Origin: Candidatus Marinacidobacterales bacterium
GTDB lineage: Bacteria; Acidobacteriota; Vicinamibacteria; Marinacidobacterales; SMYC01
NCBI GenBank assembly: GCA_965224085.1
Contig: CBDCYI010000004.1
Location: 224,001-288,000 of the forward strand
DNA length: 64,000 bases
Direction: 5' to 3'
The translations under genes were made by a program, and so were the position numbers. The notes under the pieces are model-generated. The model was not told the DNA's origin. It did not search any database and saw only the letters and a list, made by a program, of their open reading frames with translations. This document shows positions 20,154-30,004 of this stretch, one piece after another; positions within the stretch are counted from its first letter, which is position 1, and each line of letters begins with the position of its first letter.

Positions 20154-20262
20154 CTCTTTCTCCTCACCCCTTGGGGCGTCACGAGGAAGAGATTCTATAG
20201 TATCATGAAGCAGTTGCGCTGAGTTACCAACAGTTTTTGCACATCCCCGCAGAGCGAGAGGG

Positions 20263-20700
20263 TTAACTGTGTTCGTGCGCGAGCCAGTCCTCTACGCGCA
20301 ATCCGGGAACCCGCCGGAAATCTATGAGGTTGCTCGACAAGAGCGTAGCATCGTTTACCAAGGCGATGGCCGCGATCTTGAGGTCCATGGTCCCGATGCT
20401 CACACGCTCGTTTCGTAACGCGTCGAACTTGCCGGCGGCAGCCTCATCGAAGGGAAATACCACCCACTCCCCGTAGAACGCGAGCAGCTGCCTGAGTCTT
20501 TCGTAGTACTGGACCTGGTCCTTTGCTTGCCGAGAGCGTCGGATCAGGCGCAGCCAGCCCCTCGTCTGCTCTTCGACGGAAATAATCGATGTTGCGACGT
20601 CGATGGTTGGTAGTTGTTCGAGACGCTCTCGAAAAGCGAGGGCTCGTGGGTTGTGCCGATGCTGGAGAAGGGAGAGGTGGTCCGTATCCAGTAGGATCAC
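20263..20700 (-). CDS. PIN-domain toxin (VapC family)
   Basis: LLDTDHLS, EEQTRGW, GTMDLKIAAIAL, NLIDF..VPGLRVEDW. Confidence 0.9.
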   Translation of the reverse strand: MILLDTDHLSLLQHRHNPRALAFRERLEQLPTIDVATSIISVEEQTRGWLRLIRRSRQAKDQVQYYERLRQLLAFYGEWVVFPFDEAAAGKFDALRNERVSIGTMDLKIAAIALVNDATLLSSNLIDFRRVPGLRVEDWLAHEHS

Positions 20701-20897
20701 GAATCGGATTGCTTCCGGTCCTCCTCGCGGACGCGCTGGCTTTCTTCGATGATCTCCTTCATGATCGCGTCGTCGTCGAACATCCCGATCGTCCGTCTCC
20801 AGTCCTTTGGGTTTGCCGACACGTCCGACCGCTGCCTCAGCTCTTCCACAAGCTTTTCGAGATCGGCCACACGCTGCTCCAGAGTTGAACTAGCCAT
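20697..20897 (-). CDS. Probable antitoxin of the PIN toxin
   Basis: 66-aa ORF (MASSTLEQRVADLE...WRRTIGMFDDD) overlapping the toxin start by 4 nt. Confidence 0.75.
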   Translation of the reverse strand: MASSTLEQRVADLEKLVEELRQRSDVSANPKDWRRTIGMFDDDAIMKEIIEESQRVREEDRKQSDS

Positions 20898-21032
20898 CAC
20901 GCATTCCTGATCTATTGTAACGTTACTGCCAATAGAGGACAAAATGAATGGAAGCAGCGAAATTGGTGGCCGGGCGGCATTTGAACCACGTCTTTGCGTT
21001 GTGACGGCAACACACCGCTCTTCACCCATGGG

Positions 21033-21636
21033 CTAGCGCTGCCGTGTGGCCTCGATGGCCGTGCGCAGGCGGTCGACGTTGGCAGGCTTGGACCGTGGAT
21101 TCACCACCTCGCCGGGTGTGATGATCAAACCCGTCCGCCAAGCTGTCTCCAGGCGTCCTCGACCTCCCACGCCACCTGTCCGGCGTGCCGTTCGCGATGG
21201 GTCCCCCAGGAGGGATGCCGCCGAGAAGACACTTGGTGGTCCGCTTGCGCATTTCTGAAAGCGATGGCTCGTAATCTCTATCGTGGTAGTTGAAAGCGTG
21301 GACGGGATAGTCCAGCACCTGATCGAACGAAATTTCTCGTCCGTGAAGATGGAAGATGTCGAACCACGTTTTGCCGCTCGTCGCCTCGAGCACTTGCAAG
21401 TCGTAGTGCTTGGCGAACGCCGCGTGCTCTTCCGGTGTGATGTAGTTGGGATCGACTGCCTGGCTCGCGAAGAACAAGCCGTCGGCGCCTCGCTGCACAA
21501 CCTGTGTCACGAAACGCCGTGTCGTTTCGGTGATGATCTTCAATCCTTGGTGGAGCTCGTCTGGGTGCTGCCGGATGTGGATCGGCAGCTCGTCGCGACC
21601 CACCATCTTTGCCGCCGACGTCAGCGGACTGAAGAG
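21033..21636 (-). pseudogene. Uroporphyrinogen decarboxylase/MtaA-family fragment, N-terminally truncated and frameshifted
   Basis: FSPLT...GADGLFFA...FHLHG...LLGGI, then frame changes near 21130-21180 to GLIITPGEVV. Confidence 0.7.
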
Positions 21637-21656
21637 CCCTAGCCAATCCCTTAGAT

Positions 21657-24600
21657 TCAGCGGGCTTCGAGAAAATCCAGCATCGACTGCGCGCGCTCGA
21701 GGCAGATGTCATCTCCTGCAAGATCGGCGGACTGGGCGAGGCCTTGGTAGCCGACGATGTTTCGCGGATTGAGGTCGACCGCCCGCTCGAAGAGTTCGAC
21801 CGCCCGCTCGAGGTTGCCGGCTTCGAGCTCGAGCTGCGCGTAGTTGTTGAGATGGATGAAGGCGTCGGGCTCGAGCTCGAGGAGGCGTTCGAACCCTCGA
21901 CGTGCCGCGTCACGATTAGAAGCGGCCGCGTCCGCGATGGCGAGCACTTGAAGCGCACGCGTTTCGTCCGGTAGTTGAGCGAGAATGGCTCGGGCTTGGC
22001 TTGCCGCGAGCGCTGGCTCGCCGGTGCGAAGGCTGACTTCCGCGAGTAGCGCCGCCGCTTCGGCATCGAGCGGATCAACACTCAAGATCCCCCGAACAAT
22101 CGCCGCAGTGATCTGGGGCTCCTCGCGATCCCCTGCAACTTCGGCGGCGAGCAACAGCGTGTCGTGGTTTTCAGGCTCGAGCTGTAGCGCCGCCGACAGC
22201 GCTTCGACAGCGCGGTCGAGAGCCCCCGCGTTGCGATAGAGAAGTCCGAGCGCGGCTTGCACTCTAGCGGCGTCCGGCCCGCTCGCTAGCGGGGTCAGCG
22301 CTCGTTCTGCGCGGCCTGGATCCCCGAGTGCTATGGCCGTCCGCACCATCCCGTGATAGTCGTTGGATTGCGCATAGAGCTCGAACGCCCATTCGAAGCT
22401 CTCCGCAGCTTGGAGCATGGCGCCGCGCCGACGGAGTGCTTCGTCGTCTCCTTCAGGTCGCGCCCCGGAAAGCGCGAGTATGGCGCGTCGGTTCGCGAGC
22501 CCGGTATCCCTGTGCATCGCGCGCGCGGCTCGGAACTCGAGCACCGGGTGGTCGTCGGTATGGCGAACGGCGTCCCGCGCCCATGCGGCGAGCGCAGGTG
22601 TTTTCGCGCCGAAGAGGGATACAAAGTCCGGGTAGCCGCGAACACCCACGTCTTCGAGATCGTCACGGATCCCCTCCGGCTTTATGCGGCGCTCCAGGGC
22701 GTCACGCGGCGGAAGCAGAACCGCGGAGCGTCCGCCCACGAGCAGCAAATCCGCATCGCTGAGCAAGAAAAGCATCGTGTGCTCGAACACGTCCGTGAAG
22801 CTCCCGACGATGATCTTCAAGTCATCTTCAGACATGTTGTAGATGTGCGCCCATTGGCAAAACAGGCCGTCCGCGCTGAGCCGGTCGCGTGCGAGCGCAA
22901 AGAACTCTCGGGTGAAGAGTCCGGAGACGCCCGCCATCCACGGGTTGGAAGGCTCCGAGATGATGACGTCAAACGGATCGTCGCTGAGCAAGAGATGATT
23001 GCGCCCATCGGTAACGTTCAGCGTGAAACGATCGTCACGCGGAGGATCGTGGTTCACGTCGCGAAAAAAATTGGACGCGGCGACAACGGCCTTCGAGATC
23101 TCCACCGCCTCGACCGAGGCCACGGGATGTCTGAGCGCGGAGCCCGCGGTCACGCCGCTCCCGTATCCAATCACGAGCACGCGGCTCGGCTCGGGATGAA
23201 GTAGAAGCGGCACGTGCGCGAGCATACGCTGCGTAAGCATGTCCTCCGCGTTGGTTGCATCTACTTTGCCGTCCACGGCAAGCGAGACGCGCCGGCCGAC
23301 GCGTTTGACGGCGACGGTTGCCGTTTTGTCTTCATCGTAGAAAACGAGCTCGCCCCGGCGGAGAAAGTCCAGGAACTCCCCACGCTCGAGATAGGGCGCG
23401 ACTTTGTAGAGGCCCCCCGAGATGAGCTCGCGATCCCATCGTGGGAGTGCGCGATAGATCCCTGCGGCGAGCACGACGAGTCCGAGCGCCGCGGCAACCC
23501 GTCGTTTTCTGGATAGCGACGGGGCTCGGGCGACGAGCCACAGGCAAGCGCCAAGCTGTACACCCGCTGCGAGGAATAGCGCGGCCTCCGCACCCGCCGC
23601 CGGGATCACGAGAAACCCGGTTACGAGCGAGCCAGTGACTGCGCCGGCGGTGTTTGCCAAATAGGTGCGGCCCGTAACACTTGCCGGTGGGCTCGACGCG
23701 CCATGTCCCGCGACCACCGCGACAGCGAGCGGAAACGACGCTCCGAAGAGAAGGCTCGCCGGTACGAGGAGCGCGGCGACCCAAAGAAGCTCGAGCCACA
23801 GTAGACGGCCGATATTGTCGGCGTTGTCGCGCACGAGCTCACCGATAGGGATGGGTAGCTCGCCGATGACGCGGATGAGCACGATCGAAACGACGGCCGC
23901 GGCGAGCTGGACCGCCGCGAGCCGCCACCACGCCTTCGACGCCGTGGCCCAACGGGATGCGACAGCGCTCCCGAGCGCGATCCCAAAGACGACGGAGCTC
24001 ACGATGAATGAGAGCCCATAGGTCGTCGGTCCGATGAGAAGAACGATGGCGCGGATCCACGCCACTTCGCTCGCGAGGGCCGCGAAGCCCGACAGCGCAA
24101 TCACGACGAGCCCGGCCGTCTCGAGCTTCGTCTCGCTTGCTCGAATCGGCGCGGGCACCTCTTCCACCTCTTCTGTGGAGACCCGCCAAATGATGGCGCC
24201 CGCGAGGACATTAAGGAGCACCGCGAGAAACGTCGTCGTCTGAAGGCCGAACCAATCAAAGAGAAAAACGCCGGCGGCGAGAGTGCCGACGACCGCCCCG
24301 AAAGTGTTGGCGGCATACAAAAGAGCGGCCGAGCGCGCGACGCCGTCCTGCGCGTCGCGTAGTCGCTCGCGAAGGGCCGTGAGAGTGGGAAGTGTTGCGC
24401 CCATCAGCGTCGTCGGAAAGAGAAGAAAAGCCGCGGCAGTGGCAAAGCGCAGCACGGCGAGCCCCGATCCCGAGCTCGTGTAGAGGCTTCGTAGAAGCGG
24501 AGTCATAGCCCCGACAACGATGGGAAATGCGAGTCCGGAGGCGGCAATGCCTGCTTCGAGCGAGGCGTAGATCTTGGGAAGGCGTCCCGTTTCCAAGCGG

Positions 24601-24788
24601 TCGATCCACCGCGCGGCGAGAGCGCTCCCGAGACCGAGACCCGCCATGAACGTCGCGAGGACCGTCGCCACCGCGCCGAGGCTGCTCCCCATCACGAGGG
24701 AGAGCTGTCGGACCCAGACGAGCTGATAAACGAGAGCGGCGGCTCCCGAAAAAAAGAGCGTCAACGATAGAAGCCAAGTTCGCTTCAT
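21657..24788 (-). CDS. Fused MFS-like membrane domain/spermidine synthase with C-terminal TPRs
   Basis: SGAAALVYQLVW, LYAANTFGA, VLVIGYGSGVT, DGRNHL, IISEPSNPW. Confidence 0.9.
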   Translation of the reverse strand: MKRTWLLSLTLFFSGAAALVYQLVWVRQLSLVMGSSLGAVATVLATFMAGLGLGSALAARWIDRLETGRLPKIYASLEAGIAASGLAFPIVVGAMTPLLRSLYTSSGSGLAVLRFATAAAFLLFPTTLMGATLPTLTALRERLRDAQDGVARSAALLYAANTFGAVVGTLAAGVFLFDWFGLQTTTFLAVLLNVLAGAIIWRVSTEEVEEVPAPIRASETKLETAGLVVIALSGFAALASEVAWIRAIVLLIGPTTYGLSFIVSSVVFGIALGSAVASRWATASKAWWRLAAVQLAAAVVSIVLIRVIGELPIPIGELVRDNADNIGRLLWLELLWVAALLVPASLLFGASFPLAVAVVAGHGASSPPASVTGRTYLANTAGAVTGSLVTGFLVIPAAGAEAALFLAAGVQLGACLWLVARAPSLSRKRRVAAALGLVVLAAGIYRALPRWDRELISGGLYKVAPYLERGEFLDFLRRGELVFYDEDKTATVAVKRVGRRVSLAVDGKVDATNAEDMLTQRMLAHVPLLLHPEPSRVLVIGYGSGVTAGSALRHPVASVEAVEISKAVVAASNFFRDVNHDPPRDDRFTLNVTDGRNHLLLSDDPFDVIISEPSNPWMAGVSGLFTREFFALARDRLSADGLFCQWAHIYNMSEDDLKIIVGSFTDVFEHTMLFLLSDADLLLVGGRSAVLLPPRDALERRIKPEGIRDDLEDVGVRGYPDFVSLFGAKTPALAAWARDAVRHTDDHPVLEFRAARAMHRDTGLANRRAILALSGARPEGDDEALRRRGAMLQAAESFEWAFELYAQSNDYHGMVRTAIALGDPGRAERALTPLASGPDAARVQAALGLLYRNAGALDRAVEALSAALQLEPENHDTLLLAAEVAGDREEPQITAAIVRGILSVDPLDAEAAALLAEVSLRTGEPALAASQARAILAQLPDETRALQVLAIADAAASNRDAARRGFERLLELEPDAFIHLNNYAQLELEAGNLERAVELFERAVDLNPRNIVGYQGLAQSADLAGDDICLERAQSMLDFLEAR

Positions 24789-24847
24789 GGGCCGACGCGG
24801 AGTCTACCGCAGTTGACGAGGCACGAGCCTAGCGGTACTTTCTTGTC

Positions 24848-26761
24848 ATGAGCTCCGCGCTCTTAATGTTGATGCTCGGGACGACTCTGCAAGTCGAGGC
24901 GTCCAAAACCGTCGTCGGCCAGGCGGTTTGCCAGAAATGCCACGTGGACACCCACGCCAAGTGGAGCAGCTCGCGCCACAGCAAGATGGTGCAGCCCGCG
25001 ACGACCGAGAGCGTCAAAGGAGACTTCGACCAGTCCCGAATCACGCTTCGCGGGGACGTCTATGGGCTACGAGCCGGGGGCGGTAAGTTCTACATCACCG
25101 AAGCGTTCTTCAACCGGGATGTCGAAGAGCACGAGATCCAGTACACGCTCGGCAACCGTCGCATTCAACATTATCTGACGACGCTCGAGGACGGCCGCAT
25201 CATCCTGCTCCCGCCGAGTTGGGACGTGCTGCGCCAGGAGTGGTTTCACAATCTAGAGATCGCGGCGCCGGATCAGAAGGAAGGCATCATTCCCGTCCAG
25301 CTATGGAACAAGAACTGCTTCGGCTGCCACGTCAGTGAAGAGGTCAAGAATTACGACGCAGATGACCGAGGCTACGCCACCGAGTGGCTCGACTTCGGAG
25401 GCCATTGCGAGCGCTGTCATGGTCCCGGAAGCGCACACGTCGAGCTCTATTCCAGCGGCGCGACGGCGACCTCGACCGAAATCGTCGTCCCGACCCGGCT
25501 CGACAATGAGCGCAGCTCACAAGTCTGTGCGCAATGTCATTCCTTCCGGGACGTCTTGCATTTCGGCTACAGCGCGGGACAGGACTACTACGACTACTTC
25601 ATGCCGCTTCTCGAATACGGTATGGCCCCAAGCGAGGACCCAACCTGGTGGTCGGACGGCAAGACGCGGCGGTTTTCCACGAACTCTCTCGGCATCTGGC
25701 AGAGCGAGTGTTTCCTCAAAGGCAACGTCGCCTGCACGAACTGCCACATCGACATGCACACGCCCGAGATCGAGCTGAACGAGCAGCTTCGGCCGGACAA
25801 TCGCGCGCTTTGCACGGGTTGCCACGAGGATATCGGCGCCAATGTCGAGGAGCACACCTTTCACGATGCCGCAAGCGCAGGAAGCTCTTGCGTCGAGTGC
25901 CACATGCCGCGCTCCGTCGTGTCGATCAAAGCGACGATGCGCGATCACAGCATCAGCATCCCAGCACCCGAGAACACGATCCGCCACGACATCCCCAACG
26001 CTTGCAATCTATGCCACGAGGATCAATCGCCGGAATGGGCGATCGAAGCCCTCGAAGCGTGGCATCCGGAGAGCCAGAAGCGTCAGAAGGTGATCCGGCG
26101 CGCCGAAGCGTTCGTCGCAGCCAGAAACAGAGAGTCCGGAGCCGTCGAGATGCTCCTCACGCTCGTCGCCGACAAAAAGCAGGGGCCCATCCCGCGGGCT
26201 AACGCCATCGGCTATCTCGGCGATTTCGACGATCCGCGTGTGTTCCCAACCCTGGTCGGCGCGGCCGAGGACGAGCATCCGCTCGTGCGCGCTACGGCAG
26301 CCTTGAAGCTCGGGGACCGGGGCCAGCCGAACCGAGACACCGCCGTCATGGTGCTTGGCTCCGCTGTGGTGGACACCAAGCGCATCGTCCGCATGAACGC
26401 TGCGATCTCGCTTCTGAATCTCGGCGTACAGAAGCTCGCAGGCGAAGCCGGGCGTCTCTTCGAAGAAGCCAAGGCGGACCACATCGCGCGCGGTGCGTTT
26501 CACGCCGACGACGCGCCACAGCTGGCCAATCTCGGCCGCTTTCACGTGCTCTCGGGCGATGGGAGCGCGGCGGCCGAGGCCTTCGAGAACAGCTTCAAGC
26601 TCAACCCGGATCAACCCAGCATCAAGTTCTTCATGGCGGTGACGCGATTGTCACAAAGTCGTCCCGGTGACGCGAAGAAGTTCCTCGAAGAGGTCGATGA
26701 GGATGATCCGTTCGCGGCAGCAGCGCAAGATCTCCTTCGAAGACTTACAGCACAAAACTGA
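24848..26761 (+). CDS. Multiheme (8 CxxCH) cytochrome c with HEAT and TPR repeats
   Basis: CQKCH, CFGCH, CERCH, CAQCH, CTNCH, CTGCH, CVECH, CNLCH; HEAT-like and TPR tail. Confidence 0.9.
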   Translation: MSSALLMLMLGTTLQVEASKTVVGQAVCQKCHVDTHAKWSSSRHSKMVQPATTESVKGDFDQSRITLRGDVYGLRAGGGKFYITEAFFNRDVEEHEIQYTLGNRRIQHYLTTLEDGRIILLPPSWDVLRQEWFHNLEIAAPDQKEGIIPVQLWNKNCFGCHVSEEVKNYDADDRGYATEWLDFGGHCERCHGPGSAHVELYSSGATATSTEIVVPTRLDNERSSQVCAQCHSFRDVLHFGYSAGQDYYDYFMPLLEYGMAPSEDPTWWSDGKTRRFSTNSLGIWQSECFLKGNVACTNCHIDMHTPEIELNEQLRPDNRALCTGCHEDIGANVEEHTFHDAASAGSSCVECHMPRSVVSIKATMRDHSISIPAPENTIRHDIPNACNLCHEDQSPEWAIEALEAWHPESQKRQKVIRRAEAFVAARNRESGAVEMLLTLVADKKQGPIPRANAIGYLGDFDDPRVFPTLVGAAEDEHPLVRATAALKLGDRGQPNRDTAVMVLGSAVVDTKRIVRMNAAISLLNLGVQKLAGEAGRLFEEAKADHIARGAFHADDAPQLANLGRFHVLSGDGSAAAEAFENSFKLNPDQPSIKFFMAVTRLSQSRPGDAKKFLEEVDEDDPFAAAAQDLLRRLTAQN

Positions 26762-26790
26762 TAACAGCCAAGAGCCAAGAAGGACCAACC

Positions 26791-28445
26791 ATGCGCTTTC
26801 TGCCTTCCGCAACGCTCGCACTCTGTCTGACACTCGCCCACGAAGCTCAGGGCCAGCCGAGTTTTAAGGTCGTCCTCGATCCTGCCATCGAGAGCGGGCC
26901 GGTCGACGGCCGGATTCTTATGCTGTTTTCGACGCGCGGCGATGATGAGCCGCGCTTTCACGTTGTGAACCGACGCGCGCCCCAACCCTTTTTCGGCATC
27001 GACGTCGAAGCGCTCGCGCCAGGCGACGGTGCCGTTTTCGATGAGACCGTCCTCGGCTATCCGCTCGAGAGCCTGCGCGACGTGCCCGCGGACGACTACT
27101 ACGTTCAAGCGGTGCTCAACCGCTACACGACGTTCCACCGAAGCGATGGACATGTGGTCAAGCTCCACATGGACCAATGGGAAGGCCAGAAGTGGAACCG
27201 CTCGCCGGGAAACCTCTACAGCCGACCGGAAAAGATTCATCTTGACCCGAAAAAGCGCGCAACGTTCCACATCGAGCTCACGGAGAAAGTCCCTCCGATC
27301 GAGCCGCCGGAAGATACGGAATGGATCAAGCACGTGAAGATAAAAAGCGATCTCGTCAGCGCTTTTTGGGGCACCGACATGCACGTCGGCGCCGCCGTGT
27401 TGCTGCCTGAAGGCTTCGACGCGCACCCTGACGCGCGCTACCCCGTCGCCTACCTCCAGGGCCACTTCGCGACCACGTTCACGCGTTTTCGCGACGAGCC
27501 GCCGGAGTCCGGACGACGCCAACAATCGGCGCATGATTTTTACCGGGATTGGAGCTCGGGCTCGCTTCCCAACATGCTCGTCGTCTTGCTTCAGGACCCG
27601 AATCCGTTCTACGACGACGCCTATGCAGTCAACTCCGCGAACCTCGGTCCCTATGGCGACGCGCTGATCGAGGAGCTGATCCCCGAAGTCGAAGAGACGT
27701 TCCGCGCGATCGGCGAGCCTTGGTCCCGCACGACGTTTGGCGGCTCGACGGGTGGGTGGCGCGCGCTCGGGCGCAAATCTTCTACCCAGACTTCTTCAAT
27801 GGCGCTTGGGTGTTCTGTCCGGACCCCGTGGACTTTCGATACTTTCAGCTCGTCGACATCTACGACGATGAGAACGCCTACTATTCCGGAAGCGGCTTCA
27901 AGAAAGATCCCATCCGTCCTTGGATGCGCAGCGTGGACGACCAAGTCTTGATGACCGAGCGTGACGCGAGCATTCTGGAGCTTGTGCTCGGAACGCGCGG
28001 ACGCTCCGGCGATCAGATGGACGTTTTTCAAGCTGTCTACGGACCGGTCGGTGACGACGGCTATCCAAGTCTTCTATATGACAAGAAAACGGGTGTCATC
28101 GATAAAGAGGTGGCCACTTATTGGAAAGAGAATTACGACCTACGTTACATCCTTGAGCGCGACTGGGAAACGCTCGGGCCGAAGCTCGAAGGGAAGATTC
28201 GAATCTACATGGGGGACACCGACACGTTCTATCTCGAGGAAGCGACGCGTCTGATGGAAGAGCTCCTCGAAGGCACGGAGAATCCGCACTATCGAGGGAG
28301 CGTGACGTGGGGCAAGCGTGAGCCTCACTGCTACACGGGCGCCCCGCCCGGTAAGAGCTTTCTCTCTCACTACTTGCCAGGAATGGCCGACCACGTCACG
28401 CGCACCGCCCCGAAGGGAGCGGATGTGACCAGCTGGAAGTACTGA
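26791..28445 (+). pseudogene. Secreted putative esterase (alpha/beta hydrolase), frameshifted near 27770
   Basis: GGSTGGW nucleophile motif in frame 1 continues as AQIFYPDFF...CPDPVDFR in another frame; an apparent 1-nt deletion. Confidence 0.8.
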
Positions 28446-28492
28446 CGAAGTTTCTGGAGACCGATGGGATGAGCTCCCCGCGGAGCACATGC

Positions 28493-28500
28493 CCCGGCAG
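28493..28500 (+). repeat. Left target-site duplication CCCGGCAG
   Basis: Identical to 35780-35787; a 10-bp reading CCCCGGCAGG is also possible if the IS tip is GGGATG. Confidence 0.85.
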
Positions 28501-28597
28501 GGGGATGGTCGAGTAGCTCAGCCATTCGGCTTTCGCCCTCACAGATCCGAGCGTGCGGCTTTCCCGCACTCGGCTCCTCCTGAAGGTATACCCGAAA

Positions 28598-29977
28598 TCA
28601 GACAAGGCAAGGTAGTCGGGACGGAGTGAGGTGAGGGACTGGTAGGGGAAAGCGCTCCAACAACAAGTGAAAACGAGGCCAGGTCATTCGGCGCTGACTC
28701 CGCCGACGAAGGCTTCGAAACCACAACCGTGTCACCTCCTCAGAAAAGGATTGGAGAGAGCGGATGTTGCTGGGAAGTCCGTAGTACGCGTAGTGACCGC
28801 GCAGCACCTGGCAAAGCCAGCGATGCTGGACGGCGACTGGAGCATGCATACGTTGCTTCGCGCGAAGCCGTAGCGACTTGAGTTTGGCTCGTAGCCGCTG
28901 GCTCTGCGTTTTGCGCTTCACGACGAAACGGCCATCGCGGGTTCTCCCACAATAATGAGTGAAACCCAGGAAAGCGAACGTCGCACACCGCCGAAGGCCC
29001 CGTTGCTCGCGTGACAAGGAAGGTAATCTCCCGAACTCGAGCAAACGGGTCTTGTTCTCGTGGAGCGCAAGCCCGAATCGGGCTAGTCGCTCCTTGAGCG
29101 CTCTCATCATCCTGCTGGCATCGGTCCGATGCTGGAAGCCCATGACGAAGTCGTCAGCGTATCGCACGATGGAAATACGGCCTTGTGCTTCGAGCCGGCG
29201 CCATCGATGAACCCACAGATCTAGAACGTAGTGCAGAAAGACGTTAGCCAAGAGCGGGCTCACACCTGCCCCTTGCGGTGTCCCTTCAGTTGTCTCGCTC
29301 CACTCTCCTTTCTCCAGTACGCCGGCTCGCAACCACTGACGGATGAGTCGAAGGATGCGTTTGTCGGCGACCCGGTGCGAAAGCATCCGCATCAACCACT
29401 CGTGGTCCACCGAGTCGAAGAACTTGCGGATGTCCGCGTCGAGAACCCAGTTCACGCGTTGCGTCATGAGCGCGGTGTGGAGCGCGTGCAACGCTTGGTG
29501 CGGGCTCCGTCCGGGCCGAAACCCGTACGAGAACCCGATGAAATCGACTTCGTAGACGGCGCTCAAAACCTCGGCTACCGCTCCTTGGACAATCTTGTCT
29601 TCCAGTGCGGGGATGCCAAGAGGGCGCTTTCCGCCATCCGACTTAGGAATGTACACGCGCCGCACCGGTAGTGGTCGGTAGCGACCGGCGTGTACCCGCG
29701 AGCAAAGATCCTTGATGTTGCTCACGAAGTTCTTCTCGTAATCGGCGACAGTCTCTCCGTCGACACCAGCGCTTGCGCTGCGCTTCAACCGACGAAACGC
29801 TCGATAGAGCGCTTCGTGATCCACGTGATGCAGCAACGCAGTGAACCGAGCCTTTCTATCTCGCTTCGCTGCTTCGTTCACCCGCGTGAGATTTGGCGGT
29901 AAGGCGACCCGGCGCTGTGTCCGGACCTTAGCCCTCTCCCGTGGGTTCCCTCCAGGCCGATCCCTTCCCTCCACCAT
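28598..29977 (-). CDS. ltrA: Group II intron A reverse transcriptase/maturase (no endonuclease domain); start codon uncertain
   Basis: FTALLHH, SAGVDG, RPLGIP, GFSYGFRPGR, GTPQG, RYADDF, X domain LRGHYAYY. Confidence 0.92.
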   Translation of the reverse strand: MVEGRDRPGGNPRERAKVRTQRRVALPPNLTRVNEAAKRDRKARFTALLHHVDHEALYRAFRRLKRSASAGVDGETVADYEKNFVSNIKDLCSRVHAGRYRPLPVRRVYIPKSDGGKRPLGIPALEDKIVQGAVAEVLSAVYEVDFIGFSYGFRPGRSPHQALHALHTALMTQRVNWVLDADIRKFFDSVDHEWLMRMLSHRVADKRILRLIRQWLRAGVLEKGEWSETTEGTPQGAGVSPLLANVFLHYVLDLWVHRWRRLEAQGRISIVRYADDFVMGFQHRTDASRMMRALKERLARFGLALHENKTRLLEFGRLPSLSREQRGLRRCATFAFLGFTHYCGRTRDGRFVVKRKTQSQRLRAKLKSLRLRAKQRMHAPVAVQHRWLCQVLRGHYAYYGLPSNIRSLQSFSEEVTRLWFRSLRRRSQRRMTWPRFHLLLERFPLPVPHLTPSRLPCLV

Positions 29978-30004
29978 CTCGTTGCCTTCGATAGCTTCCT
30001 CAGT

